From a virus (taxonomy: Duplodnaviria > Caudoviricetes): a stretch of DNA of 64,000 nt. Positions 7,895 through 16,561 of this stretch are shown here, piece by piece. The DNA lies in the IMG/VR virus record IMGVR_UViG_2908446538_000001, positions 1 through 64,000 of that record; one strand, given 5' to 3'. The number at the start of each line of letters is the position of its first letter. Within the stretch, counting starts at the first letter, position 1. Position numbers and translations under genes: made by a program. The notes below the pieces were generated by a model. That model was not told the DNA's origin, searched no databases, and was given only the letters and a program-made list of their open reading frames with translations.

Positions 7895-9058
7895 TCAGAA
7901 GTGGATGGTGATGTTTGGGACTTCGCGGCGTGCGATCTTCAGGACAATGGCCTTGGCCAGTTCCTCGGTGATGTTCATCGACATCAGCGCCTCTTTGGCG
8001 GCGCCCATGATCTTCACCTTGTGAGCCTGGTCCGCTTCGCGGGCCTTCTGCTGGCGCTGCGCTTCTTCAGCCTCCGCCGCCTGCCGGGCAATCTCCGCCA
8101 GTCGCGCCTGTGCTACAGCTTCTTCCTGGCGGCGCACCGCGGCGATGCGTTCTTGCTCGGCGCGCTGCTCAGCGGCGATTCGGCTGGTTTCGGCCTGTGC
8201 CGCTGCTGCGCGGGACTGTTCGGCCTGTAATTCCAGCTGCAGGCGCTGGCGTTCGGCGGCTGCCTCGGCGCCCAGTGCCGCCTGTGCAGCGGCGCGCTGA
8301 GTGGCAGCGGCCTTGTCCAGCAGTTCCTGCTCACGTCGTGCGGCAGCTTCGCGCTCGGCCTGGGCCTGCTGTTCGGCTTGGAGCCGGGCTTGCTCAGCGG
8401 CAACTCGTGCAATCTCTGCATCTCGGTCACGCTGGGCCTGTGCTTCAGCTTCGGCGCGCAACCGGACTAGTTCGGTCTGCTCCGCTTCGTACTGGGTGCG
8501 CTCGGCGTGCAGGGTGCGCAGCTTCGCCAGGGTCTGGTCTTTCACCTGGGCGGCTTCGGCCAGGAACTCTTCCCAAGCATCGTTGATTTCAATGGCTTCG
8601 AGGTCGGCGATCAACTGGGTAACTATGGACGCCGAAGGTGTTTCGCCGAACAGCGCCATACCCTTGATCTGCTGGATGCCTTCGTTGTGCTTGGCAACCC
8701 GCGCATCTTCGGCCGCCTGCCAATCATCCAGCGGCTGCCGCACCTCCTTCTGCCATGACTCCAGCGTGTCCCATACACGCTTGCGTTCGGCGTCGATCAG
8801 CTTCGGGATCTCCTTTTGCTTTGCGGAAATCTCTTTGCCTACCGCTTCAAGTGCGTTTTTCGATTTTGCGATCTGGTGCGCCATCGATGCATAAGCTTTG
8901 CGGCCTTTGTCCGTTTTCAGGTCGGGAAGCACTTTTTTGAATTCGTCTACCTTCGCGCGGACCTGCTGAAGCCACGGGTCAAGTCCCTTAACGGTGCTGA
9001 ATACGGTTAACGCTGTTTCTTTCGGCGGTACGACTGCCAGTTCGGTTTCTGCGGACAT
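7895..9058 (-). CDS. Long coiled-coil phage protein
   Basis: Ala/Glu/Gln-rich 387 aa, usual position upstream of ERF/exo. Confidence 0.7.
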   Translation of the reverse strand: MSAETELAVVPPKETALTVFSTVKGLDPWLQQVRAKVDEFKKVLPDLKTDKGRKAYASMAHQIAKSKNALEAVGKEISAKQKEIPKLIDAERKRVWDTLESWQKEVRQPLDDWQAAEDARVAKHNEGIQQIKGMALFGETPSASIVTQLIADLEAIEINDAWEEFLAEAAQVKDQTLAKLRTLHAERTQYEAEQTELVRLRAEAEAQAQRDRDAEIARVAAEQARLQAEQQAQAEREAAARREQELLDKAAATQRAAAQAALGAEAAAERQRLQLELQAEQSRAAAAQAETSRIAAEQRAEQERIAAVRRQEEAVAQARLAEIARQAAEAEEAQRQQKAREADQAHKVKIMGAAKEALMSMNITEELAKAIVLKIARREVPNITIHF

Positions 9059-9214
9059 GAGGAATCCTTGCCGCGATGCTCGCAGCGATTGAAGGTGTTG
9101 GTTATTGGGTGATTCGATCAGCGAGGGCGCTGAGCAGCATCAGGAAGGTGCAGAGGGAGAGGGCAGAGAAAGAGCCGCGCCAGATGAGCAGGCGCCGGGT
9201 GCGCTGGCGGGTGG

Positions 9215-9562
9215 TCATTGCTGCGCCTCTCTAATCTTCGCAGCAGCCCTCACTATGGCCCTGCATATGGCAGACTCGGAACGACCACCAACCACGTCCT
9301 CACAAGCTTGACCATCGTCGTGATAAGCCTGAACCCATCCAGTCTGAAAGCCGCGCTCAGTCACCACGTTCATGTCGATGCTTATTCCCAAGCGCGCCTG
9401 AAGAACAAAAGCGTGGCCGGTATTGAAATCGAGAGGGCTAAAGCAGCCAGACGAAAAGGTATGGCTGCTCAAGCACACGTAACCATTCTTGTCTGGGTAA
9501 TGGCCGTTGCAACGAAGGCCAGCAGCTTCGGCGGCCAAATAGAGCATTTCACGGTCATCCAT
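9215..9562 (-). CDS. Hypothetical phage protein (ABA-sandwich-like)
   Basis: FSPLDFN...AICRAIVRAAA pattern. Confidence 0.55.
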   Translation of the reverse strand: MDDREMLYLAAEAAGLRCNGHYPDKNGYVCLSSHTFSSGCFSPLDFNTGHAFVLQARLGISIDMNVVTERGFQTGWVQAYHDDGQACEDVVGGRSESAICRAIVRAAAKIREAQQ

Positions 9563-9728
9563 GACGAACCCTCACCGCGATACGCCCGCCCTTGATCGCA
9601 GCAGCAAGTTTTGGCGGTAGTGCCGACACAGGCAGGTCTCGCGGCAGGCCGGCGCCGAGGATTGTCAGGCTGCGTTCGATCTCGGCGATCTGTTCGTCGA
9701 TCAGTGATTTAACCGGTGCAGTGGTCAT
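9555..9728 (-). CDS. Small phage protein (57 aa; below ORF-track cutoff)
   Basis: MTTAPVKSLIDEQIAEIERSL...; overlaps neighbours at both ends, AAGGAGG RBS. Confidence 0.6.
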   Translation of the reverse strand: MTTAPVKSLIDEQIAEIERSLTILGAGLPRDLPVSALPPKLAAAIKGGRIAVRVRHG

Positions 9729-9910
9729 GCTGCCTCCTTGCGCGAGACCTTATTGAGGCGTGCGCAGTAGTGGTCGAATTCTTTGAGGGTTAGCGACCGA
9801 TCAACGAGGAACTGAGTGATCATCCGCTGAACAATTACCGCCTCTTCCTGAGTGCTTGCTGCGTGCTTGAGGCTTTCTAGCGCGTCGTCGATAAGGATGT
9901 GAGCGCTCAT
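9725..9910 (-). CDS. Small hypothetical phage protein
   Basis: 61 aa, coupled to neighbours. Confidence 0.6.
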   Translation of the reverse strand: MSAHILIDDALESLKHAASTQEEAVIVQRMITQFLVDRSLTLKEFDHYCARLNKVSRKEAA

Positions 9911-10344
9911 AGGTCACCATCCACGTCGTCTTCGAGCTCTTCCCGTTCTGCTGCAACCGCGTCGGAGGCGTAGGGCCTGAGCAAGTCCATAGCGATCCGT
10001 TCCGCGGCTTCGATGGGGCGCTGTTCGCCCATCAGTTCCGCGGCGTGGCCGCGTGAGTCCGCTTGGCTGCCAAGGATTGAGGACAGGAACAGCCGAGCAA
10101 GTGAGTCTCGCTCGTCCAGGCCGTCGATTTGGCGCTGGTTCAGGTGGCCTTGAAGGTACGTGCAGTAACGATCAAACGTCACCACTTGCGGCTGGCCGTG
10201 GCGGCGCTTCCACTTGATGTCCATGCCGCACACCAACTGCTCGGCCGAGTGTTCCAGCCACTCCTGTTCCGCGCTCGCCTCGCTGACCTCTGGCGGCAAC
10301 TGAGCGTCGTAACGCTCCTGGCATATCTTCAATGCTGCGTTCAT
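9907..10344 (-). CDS. Hypothetical phage protein
   Basis: 145 aa, GGAGG RBS. Confidence 0.65.
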   Translation of the reverse strand: MNAALKICQERYDAQLPPEVSEASAEQEWLEHSAEQLVCGMDIKWKRRHGQPQVVTFDRYCTYLQGHLNQRQIDGLDERDSLARLFLSSILGSQADSRGHAAELMGEQRPIEAAERIAMDLLRPYASDAVAAEREELEDDVDGDL

Positions 10345-10363
10345 GGTCGCCTCCAGGGTGGCG

Positions 10364-10789
10364 TTACTCGGTGGGCCGGGTCAGATCGTTGATCGACTTG
10401 ATAACGTTCAGAATGTGTTGCGCCTGAACTTCCATGGTCTGATCGGACTTGTTTTGTTGGCAGGTCGAGTCAGAGTCAGCCTGCTGCCAGTAAATCTGCC
10501 CAAGGGAGAAAGACCGGCGCAAAGCGCTTTCGACCATTGCAACGATTTCAGCGGTCCAGGCCGTATCCCGCTGCTGCAATGCGGCGCCATAATCGAGGCG
10601 GCTTACAAGCTCGACATGAACGTCATCAATGCTTGTCACGAGGTTGCGCTGTAGCGCTTCACACTCCGGCATGTCATAGACCATATCGATATCGCCAAGC
10701 TCTCGATTATCAAAGATCCCCCCAAGCACAAGAGTCGCCAGGGTTTTAACTTCACTCAGCTTCTCGCTGCACTTGATCCAATCGCTCAT
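10364..10789 (-). CDS. Hypothetical phage protein (DUF551-like N-terminus)
   Basis: MSDWIKCSEKL start motif. Confidence 0.55.
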   Translation of the reverse strand: MSDWIKCSEKLSEVKTLATLVLGGIFDNRELGDIDMVYDMPECEALQRNLVTSIDDVHVELVSRLDYGAALQQRDTAWTAEIVAMVESALRRSFSLGQIYWQQADSDSTCQQNKSDQTMEVQAQHILNVIKSINDLTRPTE

Positions 10790-10810
10790 GGCGACCTCCA
10801 GTGTTTGGGG

Positions 10811-11398
10811 TTAGGCGTCTGCGGCAATGTCCGAGAGGATTTGAGCTTTGCGCTTCTCGAAGCGAGCGCTCCAGGTTGGCCTGCCATCTACGCGCCAGAT
10901 GGTGGCGCCGCGCTTGCGGAGCTTCCGGGCCCGAGCTGGAGAAATTCGATTCCCCCATCCCCTGGTGCGGTAAATGTCCTCCCAGTACTCGACGGTCTCG
11001 CGCTTGTCGTACTTGTAATAACGGCTGCTCGGCTTGTTCTCGGACAGCCAAGCCTCTACCAGCGACCTCGCGACAGTGGCTGCACTGAACACGTAGCAAC
11101 TCTCCAGTGACTCGCGGGTGCCAATGCCGACATGAACCGTGGGGACACCAGGGTCGCCGCCGGAATCCCAGACCTGGCCTTTGCACTCCAGAGTCGAGCC
11201 GTCAGAAAGATTGATGCTGAAAGAGCGACCCGCAAACGCATCACGGGTACCTGGCACAATCTTCATGAAGTCGAAGAAGCCATCGTGGCTCGAAACAAGC
11301 AGGTTGCCGGTGCGCTCGTATACACGGCGTGGCATTTCATCCAGCAGCAGGAACATCTGCCCCTGCTTGGTTTTGATCACATCCAAAATCTTTGGCAT
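10811..11398 (-). CDS. Hypothetical phage protein
   Basis: Start set at MPKILDV. Confidence 0.6.
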   Translation of the reverse strand: MPKILDVIKTKQGQMFLLLDEMPRRVYERTGNLLVSSHDGFFDFMKIVPGTRDAFAGRSFSINLSDGSTLECKGQVWDSGGDPGVPTVHVGIGTRESLESCYVFSAATVARSLVEAWLSENKPSSRYYKYDKRETVEYWEDIYRTRGWGNRISPARARKLRKRGATIWRVDGRPTWSARFEKRKAQILSDIAADA

Positions 11399-11547
11399 TT
11401 CGGGAGCTCCATTCGTTGGTTCACCTGTATTCGTCAACACTCATGCCTCCCGCTGGTTGCCGATGGGCGCGGGGGAGGAGTGCTGACGTAATAGAGGTGG
11501 GGAAGGGTAGGTGCCGGTCTTTCCCGGCTGTCATGGCGCTGGTCGTC

Positions 11548-11748
11548 CTACTCGGCGTCCTGCTCAAGCCAAGCAATCTTCGGCGCCTCTTTGCGAAGCG
11601 CGAAGTACTCGACTTGAACCTTGGCGCTGTTGATCATCTTGCCGCCGAGATTGGCGAGTTCGGCCGCTTCGGCCGGCTTCAGCTCGCCGGCCTGCAATTG
11701 GCGGAAAACGTCGGCCAAGTTCTTGCGTAATTCTTCAGCGTTCTTCAT
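11548..11748 (-). CDS. Small conserved helical phage protein
   Basis: MKNAEELRKNL...ANLGGKMINSAKVQVEY; overlaps upstream gene. Confidence 0.6.
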   Translation of the reverse strand: MKNAEELRKNLADVFRQLQAGELKPAEAAELANLGGKMINSAKVQVEYFALRKEAPKIAWLEQDAE

Positions 11749-12286
11749 CTTGACTACCTTTAATGAGCCGCCGGAGCAGCATGTGAGCTCGTTTTGCTTC
11801 AATTAATATTTTCGGGATATTCGATTTGTTCAGACTTGGCGAGTACTGCCTGATGTGAGCGATGACTACAGGGTCAGGCAGGGAGTCCCTGTAGTTTTTC
11901 GCCTTCTGCTGAACAAGCGCTCTGTTCCGTTTTCGGCTCTCCCTTTGCTGCTCGGCAAGCCTTTCCTTGTTGGTGGCCCGATATTGCTTTCTATCCCTCT
12001 TAGGCGCTGGCTTGCTCGGAGAGTCAGGCTTAAGCCGATACCTCTCTTTATACTCAGCAAGCTTTCCTGGATTTTTAGCGCGCCATTCCGCAGCAATATC
12101 GTTTTTCGATTTGCGATATTCGGGATCGGACATTCTTTGTTTGCGCTGGGCGGCCTCGACCAAATTGCAGCACGTTCTGCACGAAGATCTCAGGCGAGAT
12201 CCGTTCTTCCGGTAGTCTGACGCTAGCTTAGGAAGGCGGCATATTGAGCAAATCCTTGTCTCGATTTTCAATTGATTGCTCTCCAC
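11735..12286 (-). CDS. Basic Zn-finger (CxxC...CxxC) protein, first gene of PL operon
   Basis: CSIC...CRTC, Lys/Arg-rich helices. Confidence 0.65.
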   Translation of the reverse strand: MESNQLKIETRICSICRLPKLASDYRKNGSRLRSSCRTCCNLVEAAQRKQRMSDPEYRKSKNDIAAEWRAKNPGKLAEYKERYRLKPDSPSKPAPKRDRKQYRATNKERLAEQQRESRKRNRALVQQKAKNYRDSLPDPVVIAHIRQYSPSLNKSNIPKILIEAKRAHMLLRRLIKGSQDEER

Positions 12287-12541
12287 TCAATTCAACAATG
12301 CCGCCTCATAGAAGCGGCATCAGTAAATCTGTGGGTGCTTCATCTCCACCACGCGCATCGCCCGATTCATATCTCTAGTCGGCGTCACACATTTCGTGGA
12401 CGGTGTTCTTCGCCGACCGGCTTGCGTGGTTTCGCGTACTCACATCTGATGAGCACGGCCAGTTCCAGAGCTGGCGTGGAGATCGAATTTATTGCTCGCA
12501 CTGTGCCCATTGCTGGGGATTGATCTGCGAGGTTCCCGTGC

Positions 12542-12553
12542 TGTTAAAGAGCG
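12542..12553 (-). promoter_or_regulatory. nut-type boxA in PL leader
   Basis: CGCTCTTTAACA matches lambda/rrn boxA consensus. Confidence 0.65.
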
Positions 12554-12604
12554 GCGGGCTGTGAGGCCCTTCGCAGTCCCTCGTAAGTCGCTGCGATGGA
12601 TTAA

Positions 12605-12649
12605 ATCTACAACCAAAAGTTACAGCTTGCAAGCTTTTTGGTTGTAGAT
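12605..12649. promoter_or_regulatory. OL-like operator region: 14-bp perfect inverted repeat
   Basis: ATCTACAACCAAAA-N17-TTTTGGTTGTAGAT; GTTGTAG also occurs three times between cI and cro. Confidence 0.6.
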
Positions 12650-12708
12650 ATTTCGATTTAAAGTTGTCGGTGGGTTCTGTCATGGTTGTAGGTCCGAATC
12701 CCAGGCAT

Positions 12709-12733
12709 GAAAAAGCCCGCACTTGGCGGGCTC
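12709..12733 (-). terminator. Intrinsic terminator after immunity cassette
   Basis: GCCCGC stem, U-tract on minus strand. Confidence 0.7.
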
Positions 12734-12749
12734 TGGTGACTCTCGGCTG

Positions 12750-13373
12750 TCAGTCGGTAATGGGGGGATACTTGCCGCTCACCGAGTCCCTGTAAACGAT
12801 CTCGCTGAATAGCCTGGGGCCGTCGCGCATCGTGACCATGGCTTGCTTGGCTTCTTCCTTCGTTTCGAATGGGCCGGCACCCACAGCTAGGCCAATCATT
12901 GAAACGACCGGAAGCCCGCTACTGGTAATGGCTTCAATGGTTCGCTGCTGCTCTTCTTCGTCACGGCAGGCAGTTGATGCGACCCACCCATTTTTAAGGC
13001 GCGGGGCGGCTACTGGCTCAACATCAGCGCCGCAGTGCTTGCATTTGATGGCCGCGCATTTGATCGTCTCGGCACAGTAAGGGCAGGCGCGATCACCGGA
13101 TACGACAAGGCCCTGCGAACTTTTTTCGGCTGGGCTTTCTGTGTTTGCTGAGGAAGCCCACACCAAGGCTGCAACCCAGCCCAGGAATGTCCACCCCAAG
13201 AGCAGGTTCACCAGAAAGATCGAGGTGAAGTTGACGTGCTTGCGATTCGAAGCAACGAACGTAGGCAGGAAATAGATGACAAAGGCAGCCACAAGAAGAA
13301 CAAAGCCAGCCCAAGGGCTTCCACTATCCATATCGTAAACCTGATCCATTGAATTGAGCTCGCACTCTACCAT
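12750..13373 (-). CDS. Superinfection immunity (T4 Imm-like) domain + zinc ribbon + SPOR-like C-terminus
   Basis: IYFLPTFVA..RKH.N..SIFLVNLLLGWTFLGWVAALVWA; CPYCAE...CKHCG; start may be ~13331. Confidence 0.8.
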   Translation of the reverse strand: MVECELNSMDQVYDMDSGSPWAGFVLLVAAFVIYFLPTFVASNRKHVNFTSIFLVNLLLGWTFLGWVAALVWASSANTESPAEKSSQGLVVSGDRACPYCAETIKCAAIKCKHCGADVEPVAAPRLKNGWVASTACRDEEEQQRTIEAITSSGLPVVSMIGLAVGAGPFETKEEAKQAMVTMRDGPRLFSEIVYRDSVSGKYPPITD

Positions 13374-13454
13374 TCGTGGCGTACGGCCACCATTGGAAGG
13401 CAGGGAAGGGTAGGCGCAAGAAGCCCGGCCCAGTTGAAGGCCAGCAATTCGTTT

Positions 13455-13781
13455 TCAGAGGGAAGTTGCGATCGCCCGGGCGAGTTGGGCGTCTGACATC
13501 AGCGGCGGTGCGGCGTTGGAGCGGTAGTATCTGGAGGCTTGCTCAAACTGCGCGCCGCGGATCTCGCCATCCGAACCAATGAACGCCAGAGCGTCGGTCT
13601 TCGCCGATTTGAAAACCTTTGGCGGCTCGGTCGTGAGGGATGTGGTCGCCCCAACCAAAATGGTTGGCGCGGAGATTGTGAGAAATATCGCGGCAGCGAT
13701 AGGGTTGGCGCCATCACCTGATACGGCCTGCGTGCTGAACGATGCCAGTAGGGCTATCGCCAATGTCTTCCATGACTCCAT
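13455..13781 (-). CDS. DUF2388-like exported protein
   Basis: Signal peptide; AKTDALAFIGSDGEIRGAQFEQA motif. Confidence 0.7.
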   Translation of the reverse strand: MESWKTLAIALLASFSTQAVSGDGANPIAAAIFLTISAPTILVGATTSLTTEPPKVFKSAKTDALAFIGSDGEIRGAQFEQASRYYRSNAAPPLMSDAQLARAIATSL

Positions 13782-13888
13782 GCTTCATTGCTTCCATTGC
13801 GATCTAAGGGCGCCACCATAGCAGGGTAGTGGCTCGCCAGAAACAAGAAGCCCGACGCAGGGCGGGCTCTATGTAACCGCGTCAGAAA

Positions 13889-14320
13889 CTAACGATGCTT
13901 GTTATTGTGTTTATGCTTGTTGTTGCCTTTGTGCTTCTTACCATCCGATCGATGATTGCTCTCATCATCCGCCAGGTTGTTTCCAAGCGCGCCACCCGCG
14001 GCACCGCCCAGACCTGCGCCGATCGTCGAGCCAGTCGTGCCGCCGAGGCGGTTACCGATGAGGGAGCCACCAGCCGAGCCGATACCGCCACCTAATGCGG
14101 CTTCAGCTCTGTTTCCTCTCTGAGCGCCGACAGCACTGCCCGCAGCACCACCTACGCCTGCGCCTACCGCCGCGCCAGTTGAGCCTCCCAGCTGTTGGCC
14201 TACGATATTGCCAAGTGCACCACCAACGCCGCCTCCAAGGCCGGCTGTGCCGTCTCCGGCAGCCATTGCTCCTTGCGAAATGAGTACGCCCAAGAATAGG
14301 GCGGGCAGTGTCATTTTCAT
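13889..14320 (-). CDS. Glycine-zipper exported protein
   Basis: Signal peptide, GGxxG repeats, His/Lys-rich tail. Confidence 0.75.
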   Translation of the reverse strand: MKMTLPALFLGVLISQGAMAAGDGTAGLGGGVGGALGNIVGQQLGGSTGAAVGAGVGGAAGSAVGAQRGNRAEAALGGGIGSAGGSLIGNRLGGTTGSTIGAGLGGAAGGALGNNLADDESNHRSDGKKHKGNNKHKHNNKHR

Positions 14321-14564
14321 TTTTTGAACCTCTATGGGTTGTCAGCAGGCGCTCACGGTTTAAAGCACGCCTAGCATTAGGACTGGAGTAGAAGTTTGTA
14401 GTTCTCTACGGGCGGTGTATGCGGGCGAATGGTTGTAACAATATATGCCGTGATGGATTCGGCTGCAGAGCTCGGGCTAAACGGTTTCACCAGGAGTTGG
14501 GATGACCAGAAGAGTCGAGTGTGAAAGAGCAGAAACAAGAAGCCCGGCGCTGGGCCGGGCTCAA

Positions 14565-15014
14565 TCAGATGAAAGGATTTTCTTGAATATCCGCAGGGGA
14601 GGCTACGTCGATCTCGAGTCCTGCACAGTACAGCCTCTCGCCGTCAGCTATGACCTCTACGGTCAATTTTCCAGGCCCTTCAATCTGGAAAGGGCTCAGT
14701 ACAGCCATCAACTGGATATAAGAGCTATGAGCATCAGGTCCAGGTGTTGGGAGTGATGCGTCCATGGCTCTGATTTCCTCGGGACTCAGAAACATCTCGA
14801 ATGCTGCCTGGCCTCTAAAAACTCCCCGCACAGAAATATTTTGAAAGGCTTGGTTCAAAGGTGTTGAGATGTGAACTACGGTACAAAGCTTAGAAATGGT
14901 TCCGGGCAGCGCGGATGTAAGCATTTTGTCGTTGTACACACCGATGTAGCTGTTTTTTCGACCAATTTCGGCGCGAACGTCATCGCAGAAAAATGTATGT
15001 GCATAGCGACTCAT
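14565..15014 (-). CDS. DUF6941-like beta-sandwich protein
   Basis: FCDDVRAEIGRKNSYIGVY motif; ATGA overlap with XRE gene. Confidence 0.6.
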   Translation of the reverse strand: MSRYAHTFFCDDVRAEIGRKNSYIGVYNDKMLTSALPGTISKLCTVVHISTPLNQAFQNISVRGVFRGQAAFEMFLSPEEIRAMDASLPTPGPDAHSSYIQLMAVLSPFQIEGPGKLTVEVIADGERLYCAGLEIDVASPADIQENPFI

Positions 15015-15508
15015 TTCGGTTCCTTCCGAGCGTTTATTTTCTGCTGGTTCTCTATCATGCATTGAAAGTCGTTTGGCGTTATTACCAAGGCGTCACACAG
15101 CCGTAGAACTGTATTAAACATGACGTTGACCGATCCTTTTTCGATATTAGCAACGTGCGGCTGACTAGATCCGATTATTGTCGCCAGCTGCTTTTGCGAT
15201 AGCCCTCTTCTAAGCCTAACCGTACGAACGGTGTTTTGCTCATCAGGGTAAAAGCGATCGGCAACCCATACCGCAGCAGCAGCAAGGCCTTCGCGATTTG
15301 AGTCGTCACTCTCAAGCTCTAGCTCCAAGTCTGCAAAGTCTTGATGAGCTGCAGCAATGTTTGACGGCTTTACGCTAAAACTGCCGATGTGAATATTGGA
15401 GTGCCGGGTCTCAGTTTTGACTGGCGGAGGCGAATCGCTACCAAAGGCCTTCGACCAGTCTTTTATAAGAACTGGCGATTCGCTGCGAAATAGGGTGTTT
15501 AAGCTCAT
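15011..15508 (-). CDS. XRE-family HTH protein (antitoxin-like)
   Basis: RLRRGLSQKQLATIIGSSQPHVANIEKG; extended polar N-terminus. Confidence 0.8.
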   Translation of the reverse strand: MSLNTLFRSESPVLIKDWSKAFGSDSPPPVKTETRHSNIHIGSFSVKPSNIAAAHQDFADLELELESDDSNREGLAAAAVWVADRFYPDEQNTVRTVRLRRGLSQKQLATIIGSSQPHVANIEKGSVNVMFNTVLRLCDALVITPNDFQCMIENQQKINARKEPK

Positions 15509-15884
15509 AATTGAATCTCTCATCGTGTATCACGCCAAATTCAGACTTTTCAATCACCGCTAGGAGCACATAGCGATTCTCAGTAGGAAAAAAAGCGTGA
15601 ATGAACCTATAACCTGCCAGGTCCTCGTCAAAAAAACGAAGCCTCCAAAGGTTCATTTGGGCGTTTTGCGCTTCAACCCATGGTCCGGTATTGAAGGTGG
15701 CTGTTTTGGGGCGAGGCCATTTAGGCGATCCTCCCCAGTCCATTTGTGTCAGCCTGTCCATCGCATCTTGGTCATCGCGGAGCTGTTGAACCGCCCGATA
15801 AACGATCAGGCCCTGCTCCTTGTCTTCCGCGATCACGCCCCGAATGTCAGCTGTAGCATCGTTGTGAATGATGTACTCGTACAA
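15438..15884 (-). CDS. RelE/HigB-like toxin candidate
   Basis: TTG start with AAGGA RBS; LWRLRF...YRFIHAF...YVLLAV beta-strand pattern; precedes XRE gene. Confidence 0.55.
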   Translation of the reverse strand: MYEYIIHNDATADIRGVIAEDKEQGLIVYRAVQQLRDDQDAMDRLTQMDWGGSPKWPRPKTATFNTGPWVEAQNAQMNLWRLRFFDEDLAGYRFIHAFFPTENRYVLLAVIEKSEFGVIHDERFNYELKHPISQRIASSYKRLVEGLW

Positions 15885-16084
15885 TATATCGTCCTTAGTA
15901 TATTTCTACAACAACGCTCTCGCTTGCAAGGTGTAAAATCCGCTTGCTGCTGACTTTTTTGTCCGTATCGGCGATACCTTGAGGAATCTTACCGCCTACC
16001 ATGCCGATTTGACATGCTGATATGAGCTCTCTCCCCGAGTGAAGCACGCTTACAGCCAGCCAAGGGCAAACGTTCGCGCTTGCA

Positions 16085-16303
16085 TCAGCCAAGCACGCCA
16101 TAGAATTGGTTCAGCGCTATCAGCTCAACCACCGCCACGAAAACGCACAGAGCAATGAAATTAGGGCTGAATACCCGCTTGCTATTCGATGATCCCCCGC
16201 CTGACCAGTTCGCACCAGTATAGATAGTGAGTGTTGCAACGAGTGCGAGCAGAGCATAGGTCCAAGCCTTGCTCCAAAAGCTTTGCTCTCGCCATGCAGT
16301 CAT
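16085..16303 (-). CDS. Small two-TM membrane protein
   Basis: Two hydrophobic segments; coupled to upstream ORF. Confidence 0.55.
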   Translation of the reverse strand: MTAWREQSFWSKAWTYALLALVATLTIYTGANWSGGGSSNSKRVFSPNFIALCVFVAVVELIALNQFYGVLG

Positions 16304-16545
16304 TTGCGCTGTTCCGCAGTCCGAATTATCCGGCAGTCCTTCACCTCATCCGCATAACCCTCCAGTCGATCCTCATCAGCATGAAACACGGTGCACATCT
16401 TCAGCACGGCCTGGGCGTCTTCCTCATTCCCTGCCAAGCTCAGCCGCTCCGCAATCCTCATCAGCTCTACGGCTGACCATTTTAGGTCGGAGGCGATGCC
16501 TTGCAGGTCACGCTTGAGGTCTTGGTTTGGCTTGGTCAGGGACAT
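16300..16545 (-). CDS. Hypothetical protein downstream of cI
   Basis: 81 aa, AAGGAG RBS. Confidence 0.65.
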   Translation of the reverse strand: MSLTKPNQDLKRDLQGIASDLKWSAVELMRIAERLSLAGNEEDAQAVLKMCTVFHADEDRLEGYADEVKDCRIIRTAEQRK

Positions 16546-16561
16546 AGCCGGCTCCTTTTGG

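Noticed and set aside
13889-14320. GGCGG-rich low-complexity repeat
   Set aside because: Explained by glycine-zipper coding sequence.
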